Shown here piece by piece: positions 20,113-31,588 of a DNA stretch of 64,000 bases. The position numbers and the translations under genes are program-made. Below the pieces are notes generated by a model that was not told the DNA's origin, searched no databases, and saw only the letters and a program-made list of their open reading frames with translations. Every line of letters begins with the position of its first letter. The first letter of the stretch is position 1. This stretch comes from Ruminococcus sp. (lineage in GTDB: Bacteria; Bacillota; Clostridia; Oscillospirales; Acutalibacteraceae), in NCBI GenBank assembly GCA_051880975.1, contig JBJEOZ010000239.1:33-64032 (forward strand), read 5' to 3'.

Positions 20113-23100
20113 TTATTCAAACTGCTGTGTTGACTGTGGCTGAATGTAGTTTTCCTCCAGCTCAACACCGTTGTACTTGTGCATACCTGTACCTGCAGGA
20201 ATAAGCTTACCGATGATAACATTTTCCTTAAGACCAACAAGTGGGTCAACCTTGCCCTTGATTGCAGCGTCTGTAAGAACTCTTGTTGTTTCCTGGAATG
20301 ATGCTGCGGAAAGGAAGGAATCTGTTGCAAGGGCTGCCTTGGTAATACCAAGGAGAAGCTGTGTGTAGGTAGCCTTCTTAAGACCCTCTTCACCGTTTTC
20401 GATTCTCTGTTGAATCTTCTTATTCTCGTAGATAACCTCGTTGCGGTCATAGTTCTGACCGGCTAAGAAGCTTGTAGAGCCTGCGTCCTCAACCTTAACC
20501 TTCTTCATCATCTGACGAACGATAACCTCAATGTGCTTATCGTTGATGTCAACACCCTGTAAACGGTATGTTGACTGTACTTCGGAGATAAGGTAGTCCT
20601 GAACAGCCTTCGGTCCCAAAATTTCAAGTATATCGGCAGGGTTAACTGCACCGTCGGTAATCTTGTCACCGGCTTTGATAACCTGACCCTCTTCAACCTT
20701 AACTCGGAATCCGAAAGGAATGAGGTACTGTCTTTCTTCACCTGTTTCCTTATTATAGATAACTGCGTGACGGTTATTTTTGATTTCCTCAAATCTAACC
20801 TCACCGTCAATCTCGGAAATGATTGCAAGTGACTTAGGCTTACGAGCCTCGAACAGCTCTTCAACTCTTGGAAGACCCTGTGTAATATCTTCAGCAGATG
20901 CAACACCACCGGTATGGAAGGTTCTCATTGTAAGCTGAGTACCCGGTTCACCGATAGACTGAGCTGCGATAATACCAACAGCCTCACCAACAGTAACAGG
21001 CTGACCGTTTGCAAGGTTGGAACCATAGCACTTCTTACAAACACCGTGCTTTGCGTGACAGCCAAGGATACTTCTGATTTCAATCTTCTCAACACCTGCG
21101 TTGATAATGATGTCAGCGTCGTCCTCGCCCATCATCTTGTCCTTGGAAACAAGAACATTGCCGTCCCCGTCACAGAAGTCGTGAACAAGGTATCTGCCGA
21201 TAAGTCTTTCCTTAAGACCTTCAATAACATTGTTACCTGCCTTAATATCGAAAATTTCAAGACCTTCGTCAGTTCCGCAGTCGTCCTCACGAATGATAAC
21301 ATCCTGAGAAACATCAACAAGTCTTCTTGTAAGGTAACCTGAGTCGGCAGTACGCAGAGCTGTATCTGCAAGACCCTTACGAGCACCACGGGAGGAAATA
21401 AAGTATTCCATAATGTTTAGACCCTCACGGTAGTTAGCTCTGATTGGGATTTCGATAGTTTTACCTGATGTGTTGGCGATAAGTCCACGCATACCGGCAA
21501 GCTGACGAATCTGTGACATACTACCACGGGCACCGGAGTCAGCCATCATATAGATTGGGTTGAACTTGTCAAGGTTGCCCTGAAGTTTTGCTGTAACATC
21601 ATCTGTTGCTTTTTCCCATACCTTGAGAACATCCTGATAACGCTCGTCATCAGAACGGAAGCCCATTAGGTATTCGTTGCGGATTTCATCAATCTGTGCC
21701 TCGGCGTTTGCTATGATTTCGCCCTTTTCAGGTGGGATTTTTGCGTCACAAACAGCAACTGTAATAGCGCCTCTTGTGGAATATTTGTAGCCCTGTGACT
21801 TAATATCGTCAAGAACTCTTGCGGTTACATCTGTACCGTGAACTCTGATGCAGGCGTCAATAATCTGACCCAACTGCTTTTTGCCCACCAAGAAGTCAAT
21901 TTCAAGCTTGAATTTATTTTCGTCAACACTTCTGTCAACAAATCCCAAATCCTGTGGAATAGGATTGTTGAAGATAATTTTACCCACGGTTGTATCAATG
22001 ATGCCGTGTTCTGTTACTCCGTTGATTTCCTTGGACATTCTCACCTTAATCTTTGAGTGAAGTGTGAGAACACCTGTCTGATAAGCCATCATAGCCTCGT
22101 TTACATCACGGAATATCTTGCCTTCGCCCTTTTCTCCGTCCTTATCAAGTGTGAGGTAGTAGGAACCGAGAATCATATCCTGTGTAGGAACACAAACAGG
22201 ACGTCCGTCGGAAGGCTTTAACAGGTTACCGGCTGCAAGCATAAGGAACCTTGCCTCTGCCTGTGCCTCTGCTGAAAGAGGAACGTGAACAGCCATCTGG
22301 TCGCCGTCAAAGTCGGCGTTGTAGGCTGTACATACAAGAGGATGAAGCTTAAGTGCTCTACCCTCAACAAGTACAGGCTCAAATGCCTGAATACCAAGTC
22401 TGTGAAGTGTAGGTGCACGGTTAAGGAGAACAGGGTGACCCTTGATAACAACCTCAAGTGCATCCCAAACCTCAGGCTTTGCTCTTTCAACAGCCTTTCT
22501 TGCGGCTTTAATATTTACAACTGCCTTTGTTTCAACAAGGCGTTTCATAACAAATGGTTTGAACAGCTCAAGAGCCATTTCCTTTGGAAGACCGCACTGG
22601 TACATCTTAAGCTCAGGACCGACAACGATAACTGAACGACCGGAGTAGTCAACACGCTTACCAAGAAGGTTCTGACGGAATCTTCCCTGCTTACCCTTAA
22701 GCATATCGGAAAGTGACTTAAGTGCACGGTTGTTAGGACCTGTAACAGGTCTGCCCTTTCTGCCGTTGTCAATAAGTGAGTCAACAGCCTCCTGGAGCAT
22801 TCTCTTTTCGTTTCTGATAATAATGTCGGGAGCTTCAAGCTCAAGAAGTCTTGCAAGACGGTTGTTTCTGTTAATAACTCGTCTGTAAAGGTCGTTAAGG
22901 TCTGATGTTGCAAAACGGCCACCGTCAAGCTGTACCATTGGTCTGATGTCAGGTGGAATAACAGGAACAACATCAAGAATCATCCATTCAGGTCTGTTGC
23001 CTGATTGACGGAAGGATTCAACAACCTCCAACCTCTTTAAAAGTCTGATTCTCTTCTGACCTGATGCGCCCTCAAGGTCTTCGTTAATCTGGGCAGAAAG

Positions 23101-23658
23101 CTGATCCAAATCAATCTCGGAAAGTAATTCCTTGATTGCCTCGGCACCCATACCTGCTTTGAAGTCGTCCTCGTACTTTTCGTACAAATCTCTGTACTCA
23201 GTTTCAGAGAGAATCTGCATCTTTGTGATTTCTCTTGCATCGCCGGGATCAATTACGATATAGGATGCAAAATAGAGAACCTGCTCCAAGGATTTTGGAG
23301 AAATATCAAGCATAAGGGAAATTCTTGAAGGAATACCCTTAAAGTACCAAATGTGGGAAACAGGGGCTGCAAGTTCAATGTGACCCATTCTTTCACGACG
23401 AACCTTGGATCTTGTAACCTCAACGCCGCATCTGTCACAAACCTTGCCCTTAAAACGGATTTTCTTGTACTTTCCGCAGTGACATTCCCAGTCCTTTGTA
23501 GGTCCGAAAATTCTTTCGCAGAAAAGACCATCTCTCTCCGGCTTAAGTGTTCTGTAATTTATTGTTTCAGGTTTCTTTACTTCACCGTATGACCATTCTC
23601 TGATACGGTCAGGGGAGGCAAGACCTATTTTAATTGAATCAAATACATTGTTTTCCAT
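20113..23658 (-). CDS. rpoC: DNA-directed RNA polymerase subunit beta'
   Basis: NADFDGD catalytic motif, Zn-finger cysteines, [11 protein letters not shown]. Confidence 0.99.
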   Translation of the reverse strand: MENNVFDSIKIGLASPDRIREWSYGEVKKPETINYRTLKPERDGLFCERIFGPTKDWECHCGKYKKIRFKGKVCDRCGVEVTRSKVRRERMGHIELAAPVSHIWYFKGIPSRISLMLDISPKSLEQVLYFASYIVIDPGDAREITKMQILSETEYRDLYEKYEDDFKAGMGAEAIKELLSEIDLDQLSAQINEDLEGASGQKRIRLLKRLEVVESFRQSGNRPEWMILDVVPVIPPDIRPMVQLDGGRFATSDLNDLYRRVINRNNRLARLLELEAPDIIIRNEKRMLQEAVDSLIDNGRKGRPVTGPNNRALKSLSDMLKGKQGRFRQNLLGKRVDYSGRSVIVVGPELKMYQCGLPKEMALELFKPFVMKRLVETKAVVNIKAARKAVERAKPEVWDALEVVIKGHPVLLNRAPTLHRLGIQAFEPVLVEGRALKLHPLVCTAYNADFDGDQMAVHVPLSAEAQAEARFLMLAAGNLLKPSDGRPVCVPTQDMILGSYYLTLDKDGEKGEGKIFRDVNEAMMAYQTGVLTLHSKIKVRMSKEINGVTEHGIIDTTVGKIIFNNPIPQDLGFVDRSVDENKFKLEIDFLVGKKQLGQIIDACIRVHGTDVTARVLDDIKSQGYKYSTRGAITVAVCDAKIPPEKGEIIANAEAQIDEIRNEYLMGFRSDDERYQDVLKVWEKATDDVTAKLQGNLDKFNPIYMMADSGARGSMSQIRQLAGMRGLIANTSGKTIEIPIRANYREGLNIMEYFISSRGARKGLADTALRTADSGYLTRRLVDVSQDVIIREDDCGTDEGLEIFDIKAGNNVIEGLKERLIGRYLVHDFCDGDGNVLVSKDKMMGEDDADIIINAGVEKIEIRSILGCHAKHGVCKKCYGSNLANGQPVTVGEAVGIIAAQSIGEPGTQLTMRTFHTGGVASAEDITQGLPRVEELFEARKPKSLAIISEIDGEVRFEEIKNNRHAVIYNKETGEERQYLIPFGFRVKVEEGQVIKAGDKITDGAVNPADILEILGPKAVQDYLISEVQSTYRLQGVDINDKHIEVIVRQMMKKVKVEDAGSTSFLAGQNYDRNEVIYENKKIQQRIENGEEGLKKATYTQLLLGITKAALATDSFLSAASFQETTRVLTDAAIKGKVDPLVGLKENVIIGKLIPAGTGMHKYNGVELEENYIQPQSTQQFE

Positions 23659-23675
23659 TATAAATTGCCTCCTTC

Positions 23676-26600
23676 TTAAAATTCGTCTGAACCGTAGTCG
23701 TCAAACTCCAACATATCGTCAGAATCCTCTACGATTGACTTTTCATCAAACATATTACCCTCTTCGGAATCCTCATCAAGAACAAAGCCGTCCATAGTGT
23801 TCATAACCTCGTCCTCTTCAAGGGTTTCGCTGTTGTCTGCAACAGGAATATCGTCGTCGTCAAACTCCTGCTTAAGGTCGATTTCGTTTTGGTTTTCGTC
23901 AAGCACCTTAACATCAAGAGCAAGTGACTCAAGCTCCTTGATAAGCACCTTAAAGGATTCAGGAATACCCGGAGTTGGGATGTTCTGACCCTTAACGATT
24001 GACTCGTAGGTCTTAACTCGTCCAACAACGTCATCGGACTTAACGGTGAGGATTTCCTGAAGTGTATAGGCTGCACCGTAAGCCTCAAGTGCCCAAACTT
24101 CCATTTCACCGAAACGCTGTCCGCCGAACTGAGCTTTACCGCCCAAAGGCTGTTGTGTAACAAGTGAGTATGGACCTGTGGAACGGGCGTGAATCTTATC
24201 ATCAACAAGGTGATGGAGCTTTAAGTAGTACATATATCCAACGGTAACAGGGTTGTCAAATCTTTCACCTGTTCTACCGTCAACAAGCCATGTCTTACCG
24301 TCCTCGCTGTATCCTGCGTCCTTTAAGCACTGGAAAATATCCTGCTCGTGAGCGCCGTCAAATACAGGGGTCATAATCTTCCAGCCCAGAGCCTTAGCAG
24401 CGTAGCCAAGGTGAACCTCAAGTACCTGACCGATGTTCATACGGGATGGAACGCCAAGAGGGTTAAGAACGATGTCAAGAGGTGTACCGTCAGGTAGGAA
24501 TGGCATATCCTCCTGTGGAAGAATTCTTGAAACAACACCCTTGTTACCGTGACGACCGGCCATCTTGTCACCAACAGAGATTTTTCTCTTCTGTGCAAGG
24601 TAAACACGAACAACCTTGTTTACGCCGGGCTGTAATTCAGATGCGCTGTCTTCACGGGTGAACACCTTAACATCAACAACGATACCGCATTCACCGTGAG
24701 GTACTCTGAGGGAGGTATCTCTTACTTCTCTTGCCTTTTCGCCAAAGATAGCACGAAGGAGTCTTTCCTCAGCTGTAAGCTCTGTTTCACCCTTTGGAGT
24801 TACCTTACCAACAAGAATATCTCCGGAGCGAACCTCGGCACCAATGTGGATAATACCGTTCTCGTCCAAATCCTTGAGCATATCCTCGCCCACATTTGGA
24901 ATATCACGGGTGATTTCCTCGGCACCCAGCTTGGTGTCACGGGCTTCTGTTTCGTGTTCTTCTATATGAATAGATGTGTAAACATCATCACGAACAATTT
25001 TTTCGTTGATGAGAACAGCATCCTCGTAGTTATAACCTTCCCAAGTCATAAAGCCGATAAGGGCATTCTTACCAAGGGCAAGCTCACCGTTATCAGTTGC
25101 AGGACCGTCTGCAAGAACCTCGCCCTTCTTAACTCTTTGACCTCTGTCGACAACAGGAATCTGGTTGATACAGGTACTCTGGTTGGAGCGAAGGAACTTG
25201 ATAATGTCAAAGGTCTGAATTCTTCCGCTGTCGTACTGAACACAGATGTTGTCTGCGGAAACGCTGAGAACAACACCGTCCTCCTCGGCAAGAACACAAA
25301 CTCCTGAGTCAACGCCTGCCTTGTACTCCATACCGGTACCAACGATTGGTGACTCGGTAACAAGGAGCGGAACAGCCTGACGCTGCATGTTGGCACCCAT
25401 CAAAGCACGGTTTGCGTCGTCGTTTTCAAGGAACGGAATAAGGGATGTAGCAACAGAAACAACCATCTTTGGAGAAATATCCATAAAGTCAAACTGTTCA
25501 GGTGGAAGTTCAACAAATTCTTCCTTGCATCTGCCGACAACCTTTTTGTTCACAAAGCGTCCGTTTTCGTCCAAAGGCTCATTAGCCTGTGCAACGGTAT
25601 ATTCGTCCTCAACATCAGCTGTCATATATACAACTTCGTCTGTAACTGTACCGGTTGCCTTGTCAATCTTTCTGTATGGAGCTTCAATAAATCCATACTC
25701 GTTAATCTTGGCAAAGGTTGCAAGGTAGGAGATAAGTCCGATGTTAGGTCCTTCAGGAGTTTCGATAGGACACATACGACCGTAGTGTGTGTAGTGAACA
25801 TCTCGAACCTCAAATCCTGCACGATCTCTGGAAAGACCGCCGGGACCAAGGGCAGAAAGTCTTCTCTTGTGAGTAAGCTCTGCAAGAGGGTTGTTCTGGT
25901 CCATAAACTGTGACAGCGGAGAACTACCGAAGAATTCCTTGATAGCAGCTGTTACAGGTCTGATATTTATAAGTGTGTTAGGAGAAAGTGCCTCAGGGTC
26001 CTGTGCCTGGAGTGTCATTCTCTCTCTGATAACTCTTTCAAGACGGCTAAAGCCGATTCTGAACTGATTTTGAAGAAGTTCGCCTACACAGCGGATTCTT
26101 CTGTTGCCAAGGTGGTCAATATCATCAGTTACACCAATGCCCTGTGCAAGGGTGTTCATATAGTTAATTGTAGCAAATATATCGTCAATGGTAATGTAGT
26201 TTGGAATAAGCTCTGCCTTGCTTTCTGCAAGAATTTCCTTAAGCTCCTCCTCACTTTCACATTCGTCTAAAATCGGGAACAGTACAGTAGCTCTTACCTT
26301 TTCGTTAAGACCGCACTCTGTGTCGGCGTCAAAGTCAACATACTTGCTGATGTCAACCATACCGTTTGAGATAATTCTTACAGGAGTTCCGTCATCTCTC
26401 TTGACAAATGCAAGGGCTACGCCTGCATCCTCAATTTCCATAGCCTTTTCTCTTGTAACAACCTCATCTGCAAGTGCCATAACCTCTCCTGTTCTTGGGT
26501 TTGCAATAGGAGAAGCAAGAGTCTGTCCTGCCAAACGCTGAGAAATACCCAGCTTTTTGTTATATTTATACCTGCCCACTCTTGACATATCATATCTTCT

Positions 26601-27476
26601 GTCGTCAAAGAACAGATTTGTAAGATGAGTCATTGCTGATTCTACTGTTGGAGGCTCAGATGGTCTGAGCTTTTTGTAAACCTCCAAAAGACCTTCTTCA
26701 GCATTGGTGGTAGTATCCTTTTCGATAGTTGCCTTGATTCTGTCGTCCAAGTCGAAGATATCAACGATTTCCCCGTCCTTACCGATTACGGTTAAGTCAA
26801 CGTCCTCAACGCCCCACTTTTCACCGTTTAGTTCCTTTTCTTCCTTATCCTTAAGCAAAGCCTCAAGACCGATAAGAGCACGGATGAAAACAGTGATAGG
26901 GATTTTTCTGTTCTTGTCAATACGAACATAGAAAACATCGTTGATGTCGTTTTCGTATTCAAGCCAAGCACCACGGTTAGGAATGACTGTGGAGGAGTAA
27001 AGCTCCTTACCTGTTTTGTCATGCTCCATTTTGTAGTAAACACCCGGGCTTCTGACAAGCTGAGAAACAATAACTCTCTCTGCACCGTTGATAACAAAAG
27101 TACCGCTGTCGGTCATAAGAGGGAAGTTACCCATAAACACATTGGATTCCTTAATCTCCCCTGTTTCCTTATTCAGCAGTCTTGCAGTTACTCTAAGCGG
27201 TGCCGAGTATGTGGCATCTCTTTCTTTACATTCAATAACTGAATAGTTTGGCTTATCAACATCCAGCTCGTAATCCATAAAATCAAGAACAAGGTTGCCT
27301 GTGTAGTCGGTTATGCCCGAAACATCTTTAAAAACTTCCCTAAGTCCTTCATTTAGGAACCACTGGTAAGACTTCTTTTGAATATCAAGAAGATGAGGCA
27401 TTGGGATAACTTCATCAATCTTGCCAAAAGACATTCTTTCGTTTCTGCCAAGCTTAACTGGTTTGACATCTACCAC
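23676..27476 (-). CDS. rpoB: DNA-directed RNA polymerase subunit beta
   Basis: [40 protein letters not shown]. Confidence 0.99.
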   Translation of the reverse strand: MVDVKPVKLGRNERMSFGKIDEVIPMPHLLDIQKKSYQWFLNEGLREVFKDVSGITDYTGNLVLDFMDYELDVDKPNYSVIECKERDATYSAPLRVTARLLNKETGEIKESNVFMGNFPLMTDSGTFVINGAERVIVSQLVRSPGVYYKMEHDKTGKELYSSTVIPNRGAWLEYENDINDVFYVRIDKNRKIPITVFIRALIGLEALLKDKEEKELNGEKWGVEDVDLTVIGKDGEIVDIFDLDDRIKATIEKDTTTNAEEGLLEVYKKLRPSEPPTVESAMTHLTNLFFDDRRYDMSRVGRYKYNKKLGISQRLAGQTLASPIANPRTGEVMALADEVVTREKAMEIEDAGVALAFVKRDDGTPVRIISNGMVDISKYVDFDADTECGLNEKVRATVLFPILDECESEEELKEILAESKAELIPNYITIDDIFATINYMNTLAQGIGVTDDIDHLGNRRIRCVGELLQNQFRIGFSRLERVIRERMTLQAQDPEALSPNTLINIRPVTAAIKEFFGSSPLSQFMDQNNPLAELTHKRRLSALGPGGLSRDRAGFEVRDVHYTHYGRMCPIETPEGPNIGLISYLATFAKINEYGFIEAPYRKIDKATGTVTDEVVYMTADVEDEYTVAQANEPLDENGRFVNKKVVGRCKEEFVELPPEQFDFMDISPKMVVSVATSLIPFLENDDANRALMGANMQRQAVPLLVTESPIVGTGMEYKAGVDSGVCVLAEEDGVVLSVSADNICVQYDSGRIQTFDIIKFLRSNQSTCINQIPVVDRGQRVKKGEVLADGPATDNGELALGKNALIGFMTWEGYNYEDAVLINEKIVRDDVYTSIHIEEHETEARDTKLGAEEITRDIPNVGEDMLKDLDENGIIHIGAEVRSGDILVGKVTPKGETELTAEERLLRAIFGEKAREVRDTSLRVPHGECGIVVDVKVFTREDSASELQPGVNKVVRVYLAQKRKISVGDKMAGRHGNKGVVSRILPQEDMPFLPDGTPLDIVLNPLGVPSRMNIGQVLEVHLGYAAKALGWKIMTPVFDGAHEQDIFQCLKDAGYSEDGKTWLVDGRTGERFDNPVTVGYMYYLKLHHLVDDKIHARSTGPYSLVTQQPLGGKAQFGGQRFGEMEVWALEAYGAAYTLQEILTVKSDDVVGRVKTYESIVKGQNIPTPGIPESFKVLIKELESLALDVKVLDENQNEIDLKQEFDDDDIPVADNSETLEEDEVMNTMDGFVLDEDSEEGNMFDEKSIVEDSDDMLEFDDYGSDEF

Positions 27477-27559
27477 TTTAGTTCACTCCTTCTGTATATT
27501 TGCCATATATATTTGCTATGCAAGTACCATTTGCTATCTAAATCCTTAAATATTGCCAC

Positions 27560-27588
27560 TTGACATTTAAAAAAACTTGTGGTAATAT
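27560..27588 (+). promoter_or_regulatory. putative antisense promoter inside the rpoB leader
   Basis: TTGACA-17 bp-TAATAT with TG extension, facing the rpoB promoter. Confidence 0.45.
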
Positions 27589-27641
27589 TCACCCATAAAA
27601 GAGGGTAAAAGCGATAGTACCTCATAATATTATGCCAAAAC

Positions 27642-27670
27642 ATTATACAGGAGTTTTGTACTAAAGTCAA
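27642..27670 (-). promoter_or_regulatory. rpoB promoter
   Basis: TTGACT-17 bp-TATAAT on the minus strand. Confidence 0.7.
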
Positions 27671-27718
27671 GGGATTTTTGCAAAAGAAGCAAAAATCTTT
27701 ATTTTTTTCCATAAAAAC

Positions 27719-27751
27719 AGCCTTTCAAAGCATTTTTCACTTTGAAAGGCT
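27719..27751. terminator. bidirectional terminator upstream of the rpoB promoter
   Basis: AGCCTTTCAAAG / CTTTGAAAGGCT perfect 12-bp stem. Confidence 0.8.
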
Positions 27752-27819
27752 AATTTTTTGACCTTTACTACACACCCGGTAGTGTTGTTAGTTTTAACTT
27801 TTATTTATATGTTGGCAAA

Positions 27820-28233
27820 TTAAAAATATATCCTGTCAAGATAGTTTAAAAGAGGTTCGTTTAAAACGCTTTCAATCTCCTTTGGGGTGTCGGGAATACA
27901 GATGATTGTCTGCTTTCCACTCCTTAAAATATATCCGTCAAAAAGTCCTACTTCGTTTTTCAGCCTTTTTGGGATAATACCTGTGGAGGAATTTGCAAGT
28001 GCCTTTGAAAAAACATTTGAAATTCCCCTTATGTCATTATCCCTAAGTCCCCCCACTATGAAAACAAGGTTTACGCAGTTTAGGTCGTCTGTAAGCTGCA
28101 TACCAAGGCTTTGGGGCGAGGTTGATGCTGTTACCGTGTTTAGCTCATATCCTCTGCCAGTCAGCATTTCACCTAACTTTTTTTGACACAGGGCAGTCTT
28201 TTTTGCAAGGTAAAAAATCACATCACATTTCAT
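27820..28233 (-). CDS. hypothetical protein, degenerate CinA/molybdopterin-binding-like domain
   Basis: NLVFIVGGL and TIICIPDTPKEI resemble DLVITTGGLG and IILLPGPPxEM of CinA N-terminal domains. Confidence 0.6.
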   Translation of the reverse strand: MKCDVIFYLAKKTALCQKKLGEMLTGRGYELNTVTASTSPQSLGMQLTDDLNCVNLVFIVGGLRDNDIRGISNVFSKALANSSTGIIPKRLKNEVGLFDGYILRSGKQTIICIPDTPKEIESVLNEPLLNYLDRIYF

Positions 28234-28237
28234 TTTG

Positions 28238-30370
28238 TCATTCCTCCCTGTTTTCTAAATTGCCTTCTGTCACTTCCTCCGTAGTTTGAGGTACGGTGGT
28301 GTGGGTTTGAGTTGGCTTTTGAGTAGTAGTCTTTTGGGTTGTTGTTTTAGGCTTTGTAGCAGTTGGTTTTGTAGGGTGTACACGCTTAATTGATTTGTAA
28401 AGTGGCTTTACAGTCAAATTGCTGTGCACATTCTTGTAGGATTTATCCCAACCTGTAAATACATACTTGTAGTTGTAGGTTGCAGTCTTTTGAGGTGCTG
28501 ACGGTGCTGAGGCAGAGCTACCCTCTTTAACCCTTTGGGTTTTTATGGTCTTTCCACCGGCATTTAGGAATTTAACTGTGTAGTACTTCGTTGCCGGCTT
28601 TGTAGCCTTTGTTGTGGAGGTCTTTTTGGTGCTTGGCTTAGTATTCTTTGTGGTGGAGGTTTTGCTGTTTTTTGTTGAGGAGGACTCTGTGGTGGTCGTG
28701 GTGGTTCTGTCCTCTACAAATTTACCTCCTGTCAGCCTTTGACTTCCCTTAAGATTTCCACCGCCGTCGTACCAGTCTATATTGCCCTTTTTGTACTCTG
28801 TCTTAAAGGATGTCAGCTTTGGCTGTGTACCGCCAAAGCGATAGTAGTAGTCAGATGGGAAATATGGGTGCTTGTTCTTTTCTGCATTTGCAACATTCAC
28901 CTTTTCGCTTTCCCCTGTACGGGTTTTTCGGGCTACAACAACAGTTCTGTAATTGTCGTGCACCTCGTAGGAACAGGTGGAAAGTGTTATCAGCTTATCC
29001 TTTTCGTTAACATCAACATCTGTATTAACAAGTGACCTTGCCCTTACATTATAAACAAAGTTCATAAACTCTGCATTGCTTGAAAAGTCACCCTGCATAT
29101 AGTTAAAGTAGTCGGGATGATTTTTGTCACCTGTTGTCTTGAACACAGAAATAATCTTGTAAACAGACTCCCCTGCATCAGGAGTTGTAAAGGTTACGGT
29201 TGGACTCTTCTTGTAAAAATCCATATCAATAGAGGTTTTTCCGTATTTCAGCAGATTGGAGAACATACTGCCGTCCATCATATGGTGTCCGTGCATAACA
29301 ACATTTTTGCTTTTTTCACCCTGCTGACAACGGAAGTCGATGAAAATACTTCCGTATTCCGAGTAGTTTTTCTCGTAATTGTTGTAAAGGTAATACTGGC
29401 TGTCCAGGGTATCGCCCTTGTGGTAAAGCACAGGGTAATCTATTTTGGTGTGGGGAACATTTATCCAACCTACAATTTCGCTGTTAATTTTTTTCAGCTT
29501 TTTGAAGTTTTTAATTTTGTCCTCTTCTTTTACATTTTTTGAGGTATCTCCGTCATAGTAAATGGACTGAATTTCCGACTGAATTGCTGTGTTTTCCGCA
29601 GACTTATAAACGCTGTTGTAAAGAAGATAAACACCGGCAACAACAAACACAACAACTGCAACATTTCGAACAGTTTTGCGGATAACCTCTCGTCTGTCGT
29701 CAGTGAGCAGAGGTATGTATCCCTTGATAAATCTTTTACTTTTGCTGTCGTATTCCCTCACAATAAAAGGCTCACAGGAGGATTTTTTCTCCTGCAATAT
29801 TTTATTGGCAGAACACAAGCTATCCTTGTCAACATTTTCCAGTGCAAGGAAATCAACGGAGTCGGCGCTAAAGACAAAACCGTACTGTGTGGTATAGACA
29901 GGGATTTTCTTCATATGGTAAGTTTTTTCCCTAAGGTACTTCCACCTTGCCTTGATGCCAAAGGCAAGGGACTTTATCTTTGGCTTAAACTTTGCAAATG
30001 CCACCTCTAACTTTGTGACATCCTTTTTATTCAGCAGTTCCTTGTCCTTGTCTGAAATTTCAAAGGTTTTCTTCTCTATTTCCTGCTCTTTGGGAAGTCC
30101 CTCTCTGTTCTTGTTCAGCCTTTTTTCAAGAAAATCTATGGTGTCTGCATAAACGCACCTAAACTTTCGTTCCGTTGAACAAAAGCCTTTTGTGACAATC
30201 TGCTCAATGGTTTCTTCCCTTTCAAAAAGCTCCTTAACTGCTTTTTTCAGGCACTTTGGGTTTATCTCGTAGGTAAAGTCAAAGCCCTCTGTAACATTTT
30301 GAGCCTCTTTCAGCACAGGAGTACGCATATTCACTTGTATTTCTTCATTGAGAAGTAAAAGTATCTTCAT
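28238..30370 (-). CDS. large class B sortase with N-terminal extension and C-terminal T/K-rich and B-repeat-like region
   Basis: TM anchor; VGWINVPHTKIDYPV, YGSIFID, GHHMMDGSMF, TLSTC..R motifs. Confidence 0.88.
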   Translation of the reverse strand: MKILLLLNEEIQVNMRTPVLKEAQNVTEGFDFTYEINPKCLKKAVKELFEREETIEQIVTKGFCSTERKFRCVYADTIDFLEKRLNKNREGLPKEQEIEKKTFEISDKDKELLNKKDVTKLEVAFAKFKPKIKSLAFGIKARWKYLREKTYHMKKIPVYTTQYGFVFSADSVDFLALENVDKDSLCSANKILQEKKSSCEPFIVREYDSKSKRFIKGYIPLLTDDRREVIRKTVRNVAVVVFVVAGVYLLYNSVYKSAENTAIQSEIQSIYYDGDTSKNVKEEDKIKNFKKLKKINSEIVGWINVPHTKIDYPVLYHKGDTLDSQYYLYNNYEKNYSEYGSIFIDFRCQQGEKSKNVVMHGHHMMDGSMFSNLLKYGKTSIDMDFYKKSPTVTFTTPDAGESVYKIISVFKTTGDKNHPDYFNYMQGDFSSNAEFMNFVYNVRARSLVNTDVDVNEKDKLITLSTCSYEVHDNYRTVVVARKTRTGESEKVNVANAEKNKHPYFPSDYYYRFGGTQPKLTSFKTEYKKGNIDWYDGGGNLKGSQRLTGGKFVEDRTTTTTTESSSTKNSKTSTTKNTKPSTKKTSTTKATKPATKYYTVKFLNAGGKTIKTQRVKEGSSASAPSAPQKTATYNYKYVFTGWDKSYKNVHSNLTVKPLYKSIKRVHPTKPTATKPKTTTQKTTTQKPTQTHTTVPQTTEEVTEGNLENREE

Positions 30371-30397
30371 TTTGCATCTCCACAAAATTAATGGGTA

Positions 30398-31570
30398 TTA
30401 CGGGGTAATGTTTGTTATCTTAAGGTTACTTACTGCCCTTTCTATCATTTCATCAAAACCGGCTTTTTCCTCAGCCTCTTTAACATACTTTAGCACAGGT
30501 TTTGTCCTTGGGTGCTTTGGCGTAAATACTGTACAGCAATCCTCATATGGTTCAATAGAAATATCGAATGTATCAATTTTTCGGGAGATTCTTATAATCT
30601 CCTCTTTATCCATACCGATAAGAGGTCTGAACACCACCATATCCGATGCCTCGTCTGTTGTTACAATGGCGGGCATTGTTTGGGAGGCAACCTGACCAAG
30701 ACTTTCTCCTGTTATAAGGCAGGAGCTGTTTGTGTCCTTGGCAATCCTTTGGGAAATCTGCATCATCAGTCTGCGCATAATAATTGTGAAAAGCTCCTCG
30801 GGACAGTCGTTCTTGATTTTCTCTTGAATTTCGGTAAAGGGAACGGTGTACATTGTGATGTTTCCCGCATAGGCAGACACCTTTTTAAGCAGTCTTACAA
30901 CCTTATCCTCTGCCCTTTGGGAGGTGTAGGGAGGGGATGCAAAGTGAACAGCGTTAAGCCTTAAGCCTCTCTTTGCCATCATCCAAGCGGCAACAGGAGA
31001 ATCAATACCCCCGCTTATGAGGATTGTACCGTTTCCGCTGGAGCCTACAGGAACACCGCCTGCTCCCTTTATTACAGATGCGTGAATATATGCTCCAAGG
31101 TCACGCACCTCAACAGTTACCTGAACATCAGGGTTGTGCACATCAACGGAAAGGTGGTTATGTTTTTGCAGAATAATACCACCTAACTCACGACAGATTT
31201 CAGGTGATTTCAGGGGGAACTTCTTGTCGCTACGCTTTGCCTCTACCTTAAATGTAGATGCACCCTCAAGGGTTTCCTCAAGGTATTTTAGTGCAACCTC
31301 TGTAATGCTGTCCATATTTTTCTCGGCAACAGCCGCCCTGTGGAATGCCACAATGCCAAAAACCTTGCTTATTCTTTCGCAAATCTCGTCAATATCTGCA
31401 TCCTCATCAAGGGGCTCAACACGAATTGTTGACTGTGACGAGGTTATTTTGCACCGGTCAGCACCACGCAAAGCATTTTTCATATTCTTTATCAGCATAC
31501 TTTCAAAGTTCTTGCGGTTAAGACCCTTTAGTACAATTTCTCCAACCTTTATCAAAACAATTTCTTTCAT
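30398..31570 (-). CDS. thiI: tRNA 4-thiouridine synthase
   Basis: GEIVLKGLNR, THUMP domain, SGGIDS PP-loop, GQVASQT, DCC. Confidence 0.95.
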   Translation of the reverse strand: MKEIVLIKVGEIVLKGLNRKNFESMLIKNMKNALRGADRCKITSSQSTIRVEPLDEDADIDEICERISKVFGIVAFHRAAVAEKNMDSITEVALKYLEETLEGASTFKVEAKRSDKKFPLKSPEICRELGGIILQKHNHLSVDVHNPDVQVTVEVRDLGAYIHASVIKGAGGVPVGSSGNGTILISGGIDSPVAAWMMAKRGLRLNAVHFASPPYTSQRAEDKVVRLLKKVSAYAGNITMYTVPFTEIQEKIKNDCPEELFTIIMRRLMMQISQRIAKDTNSSCLITGESLGQVASQTMPAIVTTDEASDMVVFRPLIGMDKEEIIRISRKIDTFDISIEPYEDCCTVFTPKHPRTKPVLKYVKEAEEKAGFDEMIERAVSNLKITNITP

Positions 31571-31588
31571 ATTATTTCTCTCAATCTT

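Noticed and set aside
25780-25940. Possible rifampicin-resistance allele in rpoB
   Set aside because: Key Q, D, H and S residues of cluster I are wild-type; the rpsL PKK lysines are also intact.
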